A stretch of DNA of 64,000 nucleotides from a bacterium (GCA_031362565.1 JANLSU010000081.1:59768-123767); one strand, 5' to 3'; shown: positions 1-9,084, counted from the first letter of the stretch. Numbers and translations are program-made. Notes: a model not told the origin generated them from the letters alone.

Positions 1-2
1 AT

Positions 3-1121
3 TTCCTCGAGAAGCCGTTCACGACCGAACGCGTTCTGCTCGTGGTGCGCAATGCGTTGCATGTGCGCCGCCTGGAGACCGATCGCGCCGAACTCGAAGC
101 CCGCGCCGGTGTCGCGTCGTTGCTGTTGGGTGAGAGTGTCATCATGCGGCGCGTGCGCGAACAGATCCGGTTGTGTGCGTCGACGAACGGCCGCGTCTTG
201 GTGACCGGTGAGACCGGTACCGGCAAGGAAGTCGTGGCGCGCGCCATTCACGCCCAGAGTGAGCGCCGCAACGGTTCGTGGGTGGCGGTCAACTGCGCCG
301 CGGTGCCGGGTGAGCTGATCGAAAGCGAGCTCTTTGGGCATGAAAAAGGCGCCTTTACGGGCGCCTTGCGGACGCGGCGTGGCAAGTTCGAACAGGCCGA
401 CGGCGGTACGCTGTTTCTGGATGAAATCGGTGACATGCCGGCGCACATGCAGGCCAAGTTGTTGCGAGTGCTCGAAGAAGGCGAGATCGAGCGGGTCGGC
501 GGCGACAAGCGGTTGCGCGTCGATGTGCGGGTGCTCTCGGCCACCAATCGGGATCTCAAAGCCGACATTGCGGCGGGCCGCTTTCGCGACGACCTGTTCC
601 ACCGGTTGAACGTCGTGCAGATCCACATTCCACCGCTGCGGGACCGGCGCGAGGACGTGCCGCTTCTGGTGCGGCACTTCGTCGATACGTTGAGCAAGCT
701 CGCGGGCCTGCGTGCCGTCGAACTGGATGCGGCGCTGTTGGCGCGCCTGCAACAACACGACTGGCCGGGAAACGTGCGCGAGGTGCGCAATACCGTCGAA
801 CGGCTGCTGATCTTCAGCCAAGGCCGGCCGCCCGGAATGGCGTTGCTCGAGGAATTGTTGGGCGGCGAACCGGTCGGGTTTCCGCATCTCTTGACGCCGG
901 AAGATGCCGGCGAGGTGGGCGAAGCGGCGGCCACCGACAGCGGATCCGATTCCCCCAACTTGCGGCAGGCGGTCGAGGGCTTCGAGCGCCAACACATCAT
1001 GGCGCGGTTGCGCGCCCACGGCGGCCAAGTGGCGGCGACCGCCCGCGAACTGGGGCTCGAGCGCAGCCATCTGTACAAGAAGATGCGGGCGCTCGGCGTC
1101 GATCCGGATGCGGCGCGCTGA
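3..1121 (+). CDS. sigma-54-dependent response regulator (NtrC family), 5'-truncated at window edge
   Basis: Frame 3 is open from the first base (FLEKPF... is the end of a receiver domain). AAA+ sigma-54 interaction motifs GETGTGKE and ESELFGHEKGAFTGA are present, plus a C-terminal Fis-type HTH. Track ORF 42..1121 is the same frame. Confidence 0.85.
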   Translation, partial: FLEKPFTTERVLLVVRNALHVRRLETDRAELEARAGVASLLLGESVIMRRVREQIRLCASTNGRVLVTGETGTGKEVVARAIHAQSERRNGSWVAVNCAAVPGELIESELFGHEKGAFTGALRTRRGKFEQADGGTLFLDEIGDMPAHMQAKLLRVLEEGEIERVGGDKRLRVDVRVLSATNRDLKADIAAGRFRDDLFHRLNVVQIHIPPLRDRREDVPLLVRHFVDTLSKLAGLRAVELDAALLARLQQHDWPGNVREVRNTVERLLIFSQGRPPGMALLEELLGGEPVGFPHLLTPEDAGEVGEAAATDSGSDSPNLRQAVEGFERQHIMARLRAHGGQVAATARELGLERSHLYKKMRALGVDPDAAR

Positions 1122-1685
1122 GCGCGGCTGCGTGTCCGGCGATCCACGCCGGAGCGGCCACGTGTCCGGAAAGCCGCACCGCAGCGGTGCACGCGGTGCG
1201 GCATCCCGGCCCCGCCCTTGCCCGGGCTTCGAAAGTCAAATTCCCCATCGTCAATGACTTCACCCCCGCAGTACGCCGTTGCGTGGAATCGGCACACGAC
1301 GTGCGGAAGGCCGTGGGCATGCGGCCGGGGCCGCAGTGTTCCGAGGGTGGCTGGCAACACGGGGTTCGGATGGGAGTCGGAACATGAGGTGGTTCTGTCG
1401 CGCGCATGCGGCCGTCCGGCGGATGCTTCGCGGCGTCCCCGGCCGGGCGCTGCTGCGGCGCGCGCGCTCTTGGTGCGGCCAAGGTCCGATTGGCTGGTAG
1501 CGCGGGAATCGTTACTGGCAGTTCGCGCTCTTGTGACACCCGGCGTTCTGCCCTTGGTGCCACTTCGGATTGACGCCGCGCCTTCTGGCGTTCCCGGCTC
1601 ACACAGCGATCGCGGCCAAGCCCGTGTGAGCTGGGAACGCACCTGTTCGGGCGCCCGACCGGGCCGTCGGCCGCCCCCAAGGGGC

Positions 1686-1723
1686 TCCGGAATCCTCCGA
1701 TCCGGGGCCCTTTGCTTTTGCCC
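1686..1723 (-). terminator. two adjacent GC-rich hairpins just 3' of the heptosyltransferase stop, between convergent genes; no U-tract
   Basis: Inverted repeats ccgga(1686-1690)/tccgg(1700-1704) and ggggc(1703-1707)/gcccc(1719-1723) read directly from the sequence. Confidence 0.2.
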
Positions 1724-1726
1724 CCG

Positions 1727-2782
1727 TTAGAGGCTCGCGTGACGGCGTGGCGCCGCCGCGCGCCGGGTCTCGATGGCCTCGACCACTGACTCGACGGAGA
1801 TCTCTTCGAACCGGCACTGCTTGGGATCGCGTGGGCAGCGGCCGGGACAAGCTCCGGCCGCGGGCAGGACGATGCGGGCCTCGTTGCCTTGCGGGCCCCA
1901 CAGCAGGGGCGAGCACGCTCCCGAAGGACAGAAAAGACTGATGGTGGGGACGCGCAGGGCGGCGGCGGCATGCATGGGACCGGTGGATGCCGAGACGAGT
2001 GCGCCGAGCTGCGACAAATCGGCCAACAGTGCACGCAGCGGACGGCGGCCGCGCCGGTCGATGAGGTGCGCCGAGGCGGGATAGGCGGGGGTCGTTTCTT
2101 CACCGGTCAGCACGATGCGCAGGCCGGCCGGTTGTTGTTCGAGGACGTGAGTCGCGAGTTCGACGTAACGCTCCGGCTGCCAGTTGGGTGACGAACCGCC
2201 GGACGTCGAATGTAGGCCGAGCAGAAAATCCCCTGGCGCGGCGCCGGCGGATTGCAGTTCGGCCTGGGCGGTTGCACGCTCGGCGCTGGTCACGAAGAGT
2301 TCCGTTGCCAGAGTTTCGGGCGTTGCGTCGGCCTGCACGCCGATCTTGCGGCCGAGGTCGAGGCAGTAGTCCGCTTCGTGGCGCATCGGAATGTACTTGT
2401 GGCGGCTGACGCTCTGCATACCCGTCATGACTTCATAAATCTTGTGGCCGACACCGATGCGGCGCGGGATCCCGGCCCAAAACAACGCCCAGGCGGCGCG
2501 CTTCGTCGGCAAGAGCAAGAGCGCGGTGTCGAAACGCTGGCGCTGCAGCTCCCAGACCAAGCGCATGAAACCCCGGCGGCCGGCGTGCGCACCTTGCGTG
2601 TCGTCGACGAGCACGGTGTCGAGATGCGGGTTGTGCAGCCAGAGATCGCGCCCATACGGACGCACGAGTGCCGCCAAGTGAGCGTTGGGAAACGTGCGGC
2701 GCAACGCCCGCACCAGGGGGGTCGCCAGAACGACGTCACCCATGCGGTCGGTGCGAACGACGAGAATGCGGCGCTGGCGCAT
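1727..2782 (-). CDS. glycosyltransferase family 9 (ADP-heptose:LPS heptosyltransferase-like)
   Basis: N-terminus MRQRRILVVRTDRMGDVVLATPLVRAL is typical of GT9 RfaF/WaaC-like enzymes. Internal GLLLLPTKRAAWAL... region also fits. ATG at 2780-2782. Confidence 0.75.
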   Translation of the reverse strand: MRQRRILVVRTDRMGDVVLATPLVRALRRTFPNAHLAALVRPYGRDLWLHNPHLDTVLVDDTQGAHAGRRGFMRLVWELQRQRFDTALLLLPTKRAAWALFWAGIPRRIGVGHKIYEVMTGMQSVSRHKYIPMRHEADYCLDLGRKIGVQADATPETLATELFVTSAERATAQAELQSAGAAPGDFLLGLHSTSGGSSPNWQPERYVELATHVLEQQPAGLRIVLTGEETTPAYPASAHLIDRRGRRPLRALLADLSQLGALVSASTGPMHAAAALRVPTISLFCPSGACSPLLWGPQGNEARIVLPAAGACPGRCPRDPKQCRFEEISVESVVEAIETRRAAAPRRHASL

Positions 2783-2833
2783 GCGACGAGCCTCCCGCCG
2801 CGCTCGACGGGCGCGGCGGCCGGCAGCATAGCA

Positions 2834-4210
2834 TCACGAATGGGGGGCGACTTCGATGGCCGGCAGGGCGGCGTGATCGCGCCCGGCGAGGACAGGTGCA
2901 GATGCGGGTGCGCCGGTTGTGGGAAGCACGGGCGGCACGGCGTGCGCCTCTTGAGCGTGCAAACGCTGGTCATAGCGGCGTACGAACGGCGCATACAGGA
3001 GGTAGGCAATCGAGAAGTTGAGCGCCACCAGAACGAGGGCCTTCGGATCACCGGTCGTGCCGAACGCCCCCAACGGCGTCGGCAGCGTCCACAGGATGTC
3101 GAGATGCGGCCGCGCCACGAGTTGAAAGTGGAAGGCCGCCCACGCGGTCACCGCGCAGAGCAAGGGCGCGATCACGAACGGCACCGCCAGGGTCGCATTC
3201 ATGACCACCGGCACGCCGAACATGATCGGATCGTTGATATTGAAGAGTGCCGGCACGAGTCCCACCTTGGCAACGCCGCGCAACTGCGCCGAGCGGGCTC
3301 GCACCATGTGTGCCACCAAGGCGAGTGACGTGCCCGAGCCGCCCATCCACACGAACCAGATGTAGAACTCCCGCGGCGCGATGTTGGGAATGGCCTGGCC
3401 GGCAAGGGCTGCATCCATGTTCTGCGTCAGCATCGCCAGCCACAGCGGCTTCATCACCGCCAGAATCGTGATGGCGTGGATGCCGAAGAGCCAAATGGTC
3501 GAATCGATGAGCACGACGAGCAGGATGCCGGGCAAGCTGTTGCCGACCGCCTGCAACGGCCGCGACAAGGTTGTGATCAGGGTGAAGATATCAAAGCCGA
3601 GTCCGTGCACCACGAACCACAGGCTCGCAATGCTGACGAAGGCCGGCACCAACGAGATGAAACTGCGCGACACGGAATCCGGCACCGTATCGGGCAGGCG
3701 CACCACCATGTTGCGCCGCACCACGAAGCCCTGTACGGCGACAACATAGAGCGCAATCAAGATACCGACGAAGAGCCCCGCCGGCCCGACGTTCTCGAGC
3801 GGCAAGGTCCACGCCGGAGCGCCGTCCGGTTTGAGAACGGCTTTGATTGGACCCACGACCGCCAGATGCGCCGTGACCGCGATGAGGCCAGCGGCCAGCG
3901 GATCGAGTTCGCGCCGTTTCGCCAGGTGGTACGCAATGGCAAAGGCCGCGTACACCGAGATCATGCCGGTGGTTGCCTTGAACACCAATACGAAGCGCGG
4001 GATCCAACCGGCCATCGCCACGGCGTAGGCCTTCTGCCACTCGACGCGGACGAGCGGTGGCTCGACCAGGAGATAGAAGAAGCTGCCGATGAGCACGAGC
4101 GGCAACACGGCGACGATGCCGTCGCGCATCGACAAGAGCACGACGGATTGCCCGGTACGCTCACCGGCCTTGGTGAGAGCGTTGCGCAGAGTTCGAAGAA
4201 TGCGCTGCAT
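2834..4210 (-). CDS. PTS sugar transporter EIIC component, lactose/cellobiose family (stand-alone)
   Basis: 458-aa polytopic membrane protein. N-terminus LRNALTKAGERTGQSVVLLSMRDGIVAVLPLVLIGSFFYLL matches the EIIC-cellobiose N-terminus. GGSGTSLAL and NINDPIMFGVPVVMNATL resemble conserved EIIC loops. SD-like AGGGTGGAG upstream of ATG at 4210. Confidence 0.7.
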   Translation of the reverse strand: MQRILRTLRNALTKAGERTGQSVVLLSMRDGIVAVLPLVLIGSFFYLLVEPPLVRVEWQKAYAVAMAGWIPRFVLVFKATTGMISVYAAFAIAYHLAKRRELDPLAAGLIAVTAHLAVVGPIKAVLKPDGAPAWTLPLENVGPAGLFVGILIALYVVAVQGFVVRRNMVVRLPDTVPDSVSRSFISLVPAFVSIASLWFVVHGLGFDIFTLITTLSRPLQAVGNSLPGILLVVLIDSTIWLFGIHAITILAVMKPLWLAMLTQNMDAALAGQAIPNIAPREFYIWFVWMGGSGTSLALVAHMVRARSAQLRGVAKVGLVPALFNINDPIMFGVPVVMNATLAVPFVIAPLLCAVTAWAAFHFQLVARPHLDILWTLPTPLGAFGTTGDPKALVLVALNFSIAYLLYAPFVRRYDQRLHAQEAHAVPPVLPTTGAPASAPVLAGRDHAALPAIEVAPHS

Positions 4211-4448
4211 GACTCCACCCTAGGACGTGCGCGGCGACATCGCAACGCCGGATGCCGGGGCGTCGTGGTCTGGACGCCGCTGCACCCTGGCCGTGCAAGA
4301 TCGAAGCCGTGGTGGGATTCAGGAACGCGAGCTGCGGCTGTCGCGGGTGCGCCAGCGCGACAGTGCGCCACGATCGAGGCAACGGAGTCCGACCAGGAGG
4401 ACGACGAACGCGCCCGCAAGTTGAATAGGATCCAGCATAAAAATGCGG

Positions 4449-4847
4449 TTAGCGCCGCGGGTTTTTCACATCGATTCCGAGGGCGTCGTAGGTGGCTTTG
4501 TCCAGGTTTCCGGTGGGCTTCCGGCCGATGGACGCCTGGAAGAGCTTGAGAGCTTCTTGGGTCTCGATGTCGAAGTTGCCGTTCAGGCGGCCGTGATAGA
4601 AGCCCTTGGCGGTCAGAACGATCTTGGCGCGCTCGATCGTCGATTTGACTCGCTCGCCGCGCGCCGCGAAATGCACCGAGTCGCGGGGGCTCGAGCGGGG
4701 TGACGAGGCATCCGCCGCGGTTCCGCCCTGGCTGGCCGCGGGCCGGGCGCCGATCGACTCGTCGTGGCGCAACGTCCGAACCACGAGTCCACCCACGATC
4801 AGCACCACGACTACGACCCCAATCCACGACAGACGATTCGTCGACAT
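4449..4847 (-). CDS. membrane-anchored protein with C-terminal peptidoglycan-binding (PG_binding_1-like) domain
   Basis: Internal ATG (MSTNRLSWIGVVVVVLIVGGLVV = TM anchor) chosen because the longer track ORF runs through a divergent promoter region. C-terminus LTAKGFYHGRLNGNFDIETQEALKLFQASIGRKPTGNLDKATYDALGI fits the PG-binding repeat pattern. Confidence 0.45.
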   Translation of the reverse strand: MSTNRLSWIGVVVVVLIVGGLVVRTLRHDESIGARPAASQGGTAADASSPRSSPRDSVHFAARGERVKSTIERAKIVLTAKGFYHGRLNGNFDIETQEALKLFQASIGRKPTGNLDKATYDALGIDVKNPRR

Positions 4848-5106
4848 CGGCAAGCTTTTCCTCCGCGCCAAAATTCGACCGAGCAGCCCGCGTCCCCGCA
4901 CTCCGGGCGGGCGCCAGCCGGTGATGATACTCGGTCGCTCGGAGGCCCGAAACCCCCTCCCAACCCCGAGTCTGGAGTTGCCGCGGGGGGTCCAGACGGG
5001 GTACAATAAGGGTTGGTAGCCCGCCAGGGCTTGCCGCGCCCCCCAGGAGTGGTTTCTCGAGAATCCGTCAACGGGCCCGTGCTGACGGACTGCAAGGAAG
5101 CATACC

Positions 5107-8100
5107 GTGCTGGTACAGCGCTCTCGCGCGTGGGGTCCGGCTATCTGTTGCGGCGTCCTCGGCCTTTTGGGGGCTGCCGGCGGGGCGGCGGCGGCGCCGA
5201 CGTTGACCCGTGGTCCCTTCCTGCAGCAAGTCACGTCGCAAACGGCCCAGGTGGTCTGGCGGACGAGCACCGCGGCGGCCTGTACCTTGACCGCCACTGG
5301 ACCGGCGGGGCCGAGCCTTGCCGTCGCGACACCGTCCGGCACCGAACATGTGGCGGTGCTGGCGGGGCTCCTGCCGGCGACGCGCTACGACTACAGCGTG
5401 CGCTCGAATGGCCTGGTGGCCGGCGGCACCAACTATTTCGTGCAGACGGCGCCGAATCCCGGCACGGGTGCCACGACGCGCTTCCTCATCTTCGGGGATT
5501 CGGGGACCGGCAGCGCGACGCAAACCGCGGTCGCGGCCACGCTCGTCACTCAGACCGCCGATTTCGGCATTCATGTCGGCGACATCATCTATCCGTCGGG
5601 GGAAACGCAGTACTACGACCCGCGTTACTTCCAGCCCTACGCCGCGATGATCCGCCACCTGCCCATCTTCGCCATTCTCGGCAATCATGACGCCGGCAAC
5701 TCCACGTCGTTCTTCGACGCGTGGCATTTGCCGACCAACTCGCTCGACGGCACCGAGCGCTACTACTCGTTCGACTTCGGCGACATCCACTTTGTCGGAT
5801 TGGATACGACGAAGCCGCTCACGTCCGCCATCTTGGCTTGGCTCGCGGCCGACCTCGACGCGTCACCCCGGCGTTGGAAGATGGTGTTCTTCCATCACAC
5901 GATGTACAGCTGTGGTTTGTACCATGGTACGTCGACGTCGTTGGTGAATGCCCTGGCGCCGGTGTTCGAAGCGCACGGCGTCGATGTCGTGTTCTACGGG
6001 CACGACCACCACTACGAGCGCAGCTTCCCGATCCGCGCTGGGGCGGCGCTGCAAACCGCTCTCAACCCGAATTTCGTCAGCCCCGGGGCGCCGATGTATG
6101 TGGTCAGTGGCGCGGCCGGCGCGTCGCGCGATGCAGCCTCCAACTGCTTTTTTACCGCGCGCGCCATCGCGACCCCGTCGTTCGCGCGGGCGAGCGTCAC
6201 GGCCGACCTGTTCACCCTCGAGGCCATCAGCGCCGACGGTACCGTCCTCGATCAGATGACGCTCTCCAAGTCGGGCACGCCGCCGCCGCCACCGCCGGCC
6301 GAAACCGCCAAGGTCTTGTCGCCGAATGGCAGTGAGGTGTGGCTCGCGGGCCAAGCCGCCATGCTGCAGTGGTCGGCGAGCCAGGGCATCGCTGCGGTGC
6401 GGATCGAGTTGTCACGCGCCGGGGCGCAGGGCCCTTGGGAAACGCTGTTTGCATCGACTCCGAATGATGGCGCCGAACCGTGGACGCCGACGGGGCCGGC
6501 GGCGAGCCAATGCTTGCTGCGTGTCGCCGATGCGAGCGACGGATCACCAAGCGACCTCTCGGACGCGGCGTTCCAAATCACCGTGGCGCCGCCGCCGCCA
6601 CCACCACCGCCGTCGGGCATTGTCGCACTCATCAACTTCCAGCCCGATGGCGTGCCCGTGCCGACTGGCTACCAGGTGGATACGGGTGCCATTTTCGACA
6701 CGGTGCGCGGCTATGGGTGGAACACGGCCCAAACGACGCGCGCGCGGGCGCTGCTTCCCGCCGACCCGCGCGACACCTTCGTGGACGTTACCAATACGTC
6801 GACGGCAACGTGGGAAATGGCGCTCGCCAACGGGACGTACTATGTGACGCTCTTGTGCGGCGACGCGCAAACGACGGCGTCGCACCGCGTCGCTCTCGAG
6901 GGCACGACGGTGCTCTTGGATACGAATACGGGCGCCAGTGAATTCTTGCAGCCGTTCGATATTCCCGTAACGGTGCAGGATGGCCGGCTCACCATGACGG
7001 TCGGGGGAAGCGGCGCCTTTTCGCACACGAAGGTCGACGCCATCGTCATTGCCAACGGTGCGGTCGTTTCACTGCCGTATACGCTTTCGACACCGGCACC
7101 GGCGGACGTGCGTTGCATCGGCAGCAGCGCGCCGATTCGCTGGTCTGGCACCGGCGGCACATTGCCGATGCGCGTCGAGCTGTCGCGCGCCGGCCTGGCC
7201 GGCCCGTGGGAACCGGCGGTGATCGTCACGGCCGACGACGGCGAGGAGCTCTGGACGCCGGTGGGGTCACCATCCCCTTGTGGCGCGATGCGCGTGCTCG
7301 ACAGCACGGGACATCTGCTGGCCGCGACCCCCAAACCTTTCGCACTTGGTGCGCCATCATTGCAGCTCCTCGCCCCCAACGGCGGGGAAACGTGGACGGT
7401 GGGGACGGCGCAGTCGTTCGGATGGACGAGCAGTTGCTACGCGGGCAACGTGCGGATCGACGTGTCGATGACGGGCCCGGCCGGTCCGTGGACCACGTTG
7501 ATCGCAACGACCCCCAACGACGGCACCGAGGCCTGGACGGTGCGGCCGGAAGACGCCGGTTCGATCTACGCGCGCATTATCGCTTTGCCCTTCGGCACGC
7601 CCAGCGACGCGAGCGACGCGGCTTTTAGCGTCATCACTCCACAGCCGGCCCCGTCGCAGACCTGGAAGTTCGACTTCACGGTGAACGGCGCGGCACCCGC
7701 CGCCGGCTCCACCGCCGAGACCGGGACGCCCTACAGCGCCGCCCTGGGCTACGGTTGGTTGCAAGCAGTGAGCATGAAGCAACGCAACCTCCTCCCGGGC
7801 GACTGCCGCGACACGTTCGTGCAGGTGACCAACAACACGACGGCCACTTGGGAGTTCGGGTTGCCGAATGGCACCTATAAGGTGTCCCTCACCTGCGGCG
7901 ATCCGCTGACCTCGGGCACCCACCGAGTGGCGCTCGAAGGGCAAGTCGTCGTCGCCGACGTGTTTGCGTCGGGGGGCGAGTATGTGACCCGGACCGATCT
8001 CCCCGTCGTCGTCGCCGATGGGCGCCTCAGCATGAAGCTGGGCGGCAGCGGCCAAATCACCAGCACCAAGGTCGGCTGCATCGAAATTCACTCCGCGGGC

Positions 8101-8442
8101 ACCCCACCTCGCACGGTCCGGCATGGGCCACGTGGCGATCAAGTGCCGGTCATCAGCAGCAGCATCACGCGTACACGGCTCGTGGCGCCCGCGGGGCCGG
8201 TCCACAACGCAGCGCGTTTTGGAATCGAACTCGTGCGCGAAGCCCCGGTGCGGCTTGCCCTCTATGACGTGCGTGGACGCCGGGTCATGACCCTTTTCGA
8301 GGGGCTCTTGCCGGCGGGACGCAGCGACATCACATGGGACACCCTGGACGCGCGGGGACAGCGGCTCGGTTCCGGTGTGTACTTCGCACGGTTCGAGACC
8401 GACGGCGCCAAGGACGCGCAACGCGTCGTCCTCGTTCGCTGA
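5107..8442 (+). CDS. exported multi-domain purple acid phosphatase (calcineurin-like metallophosphoesterase) with CBM-like and Ig-like repeats and a T9SS-type C-terminal domain
   Basis: Signal peptide. PAP N-terminal FN3-like domain. Metallophosphatase motifs GDSG, GDIIY, GNHD, FFHH, GHDHHYER. Two poly-Pro linkers. Internal repeats and a C-terminal sorting domain (listed separately below). Confidence 0.8.
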   Translation: MLVQRSRAWGPAICCGVLGLLGAAGGAAAAPTLTRGPFLQQVTSQTAQVVWRTSTAAACTLTATGPAGPSLAVATPSGTEHVAVLAGLLPATRYDYSVRSNGLVAGGTNYFVQTAPNPGTGATTRFLIFGDSGTGSATQTAVAATLVTQTADFGIHVGDIIYPSGETQYYDPRYFQPYAAMIRHLPIFAILGNHDAGNSTSFFDAWHLPTNSLDGTERYYSFDFGDIHFVGLDTTKPLTSAILAWLAADLDASPRRWKMVFFHHTMYSCGLYHGTSTSLVNALAPVFEAHGVDVVFYGHDHHYERSFPIRAGAALQTALNPNFVSPGAPMYVVSGAAGASRDAASNCFFTARAIATPSFARASVTADLFTLEAISADGTVLDQMTLSKSGTPPPPPPAETAKVLSPNGSEVWLAGQAAMLQWSASQGIAAVRIELSRAGAQGPWETLFASTPNDGAEPWTPTGPAASQCLLRVADASDGSPSDLSDAAFQITVAPPPPPPPPSGIVALINFQPDGVPVPTGYQVDTGAIFDTVRGYGWNTAQTTRARALLPADPRDTFVDVTNTSTATWEMALANGTYYVTLLCGDAQTTASHRVALEGTTVLLDTNTGASEFLQPFDIPVTVQDGRLTMTVGGSGAFSHTKVDAIVIANGAVVSLPYTLSTPAPADVRCIGSSAPIRWSGTGGTLPMRVELSRAGLAGPWEPAVIVTADDGEELWTPVGSPSPCGAMRVLDSTGHLLAATPKPFALGAPSLQLLAPNGGETWTVGTAQSFGWTSSCYAGNVRIDVSMTGPAGPWTTLIATTPNDGTEAWTVRPEDAGSIYARIIALPFGTPSDASDAAFSVITPQPAPSQTWKFDFTVNGAAPAAGSTAETGTPYSAALGYGWLQAVSMKQRNLLPGDCRDTFVQVTNNTTATWEFGLPNGTYKVSLTCGDPLTSGTHRVALEGQVVVADVFASGGEYVTRTDLPVVVADGRLSMKLGGSGQITSTKVGCIEIHSAGTPPRTVRHGPRGDQVPVISSSITRTRLVAPAGPVHNAARFGIELVREAPVRLALYDVRGRRVMTLFEGLLPAGRSDITWDTLDARGQRLGSGVYFARFETDGAKDAQRVVLVR
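6310..6582 (+). repeat. Ig-like ~90-aa repeat copy 1 inside the PAP gene (LSPNGSEVW...VRIELSRAGAQGPWE...TPNDGAEPWTP...SDLSDAAFQI)
   Basis: Three copies share the pattern LxPNGGExW / VRIELSRAGxxGPWExL / TPNDGxExWT / SDxSDAAFxI. Coordinates derived from aa 402-492. Confidence 0.5.
6619..7062 (+). repeat. CBM/malectin-like ~145-aa domain copy 1 (GYGWNTAQTTRARALLPADPRDTFVDVTNTSTATWEMALANGTYYVTLLCGDAQTTASHRVALEG...)
   Basis: Paralogous to the second copy. Shared motifs: GYGW, LLPxDxRDTFVxVTN, TATWExxLxNGTYxVxLxCGD, HRVALEG, DGRLxMxxGGSG, TKVxxIxI. Confidence 0.5.
7114..7350 (+). repeat. Ig-like repeat copy 2 (IRWSGTGGTLPMRVELSRAGLAGPWEPAVIVTADDGEELWTP...)
   Basis: Same motif set as copy 1; aa 670-748. 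Confidence 0.45.
7360..7635 (+). repeat. Ig-like repeat copy 3 (LAPNGGETWTVG...VRIDVSMTGPAGPWTTLIATTPNDGTEAWT...SDASDAAFSVI)
   Basis: Same motif set; aa 752-843. Confidence 0.5.
7660..8100 (+). repeat. CBM/malectin-like domain copy 2 (GYGWLQAVSMKQRNLLPGDCRDTFVQVTNNTTATWEFGLPNGTYKVSLTCGD...HRVALEG...)
   Basis: See copy 1; aa 852-998. Confidence 0.5.
8212..8439 (+). other. T9SS-type / FlgD-Ig-like C-terminal sorting domain (TIGR04183-like) of the PAP
   Basis: RLALYDVRGRRVMTLFEGLLPAGRSDITWDTLDARGQRLGSGVYFARFETDGAKDAQRVVLVR aligns by eye with the C-termini of the heparinase-like and FG-GAP proteins in this window. Confidence 0.55.
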
Positions 8443-8504
8443 ACGAACCGGCGTTTGACGCGATTTCGAGGTTCGGGTATCGTGCGGCGGCGGCCTTCGG
8501 CCGC

Positions 8505-9083
8505 ATGAGCAAAGGAGCCGCCGTGACCGCGAGCCGCCCGCGATTGCGTCTATTGCAAGCCACCGACTTCACGCCCGAGGGCACCGAAGAACTCTACCGC
8601 CTGTTCAACGATTCCATCCTCCAAGGTGGCACGATAGGGTTCCTGCGACCGATGACCCGGCGTAAGGCGCAGGAATACTTCGAGTCGCTCCAGCGCGGGA
8701 TCCACAAAGGCGAAACGATCGCGGTCGTGGCCGGCGCCAAGCCGTTCACCGGCTTCGGCCTGATTCGTCGCGATGACGGCGAGCTCTTCCGGCACTGCTG
8801 GGAATTGGGCCGCGTCATGGTGCGGCCGACGATGCAGCGCCACGGCCTGGGCGCCGCCATCGTGCAACGCCTGGTCGCCGAGGCCAAGCGGCGCAAGATC
8901 GAAGTGTTGTGGCTCGACGTTCGCATCACCAACGTCCCGGCCATCGAACTCTTCCAAAAAATCGGCTTCCGCACCTGGGGTATCTTCCCGAATCGCATCA
9001 AAGCGGGCCGGGAGTATACCGACGTCCTTTACATGGCCTGCGATCTGCGCACAACCTACCATCCCCTACGCGACCTGCCGTAG
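8505..9083 (+). CDS. GNAT family N-acetyltransferase
   Basis: Acetyl-CoA-binding motif RVMVRPTMQRHGLGAAIVQRLVAEA (R/Q-x-x-G-x-G/A pattern). Internal ATG (MSKGAAVTAS...) used because the upstream part of the track ORF overlaps the PAP gene. Confidence 0.65.
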   Translation: MSKGAAVTASRPRLRLLQATDFTPEGTEELYRLFNDSILQGGTIGFLRPMTRRKAQEYFESLQRGIHKGETIAVVAGAKPFTGFGLIRRDDGELFRHCWELGRVMVRPTMQRHGLGAAIVQRLVAEAKRRKIEVLWLDVRITNVPAIELFQKIGFRTWGIFPNRIKAGREYTDVLYMACDLRTTYHPLRDLP

Positions 9084-9084
9084 A

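Noticed and set aside
248-1642. 464-aa minus-strand ORF overlapping the NtrC-type gene
   Set aside because: It is antisense to a CDS with unmistakable sigma-54 activator motifs. The product is Arg/Ala/Pro/Ser-rich low-complexity, typical of GC-rich antisense frames. There is no domain and no SD.
3476-4549. 357-aa plus-strand ORF
   Set aside because: Antisense to the PTS EIIC gene, with His/Arg/Asp-rich composition and no recognisable fold.
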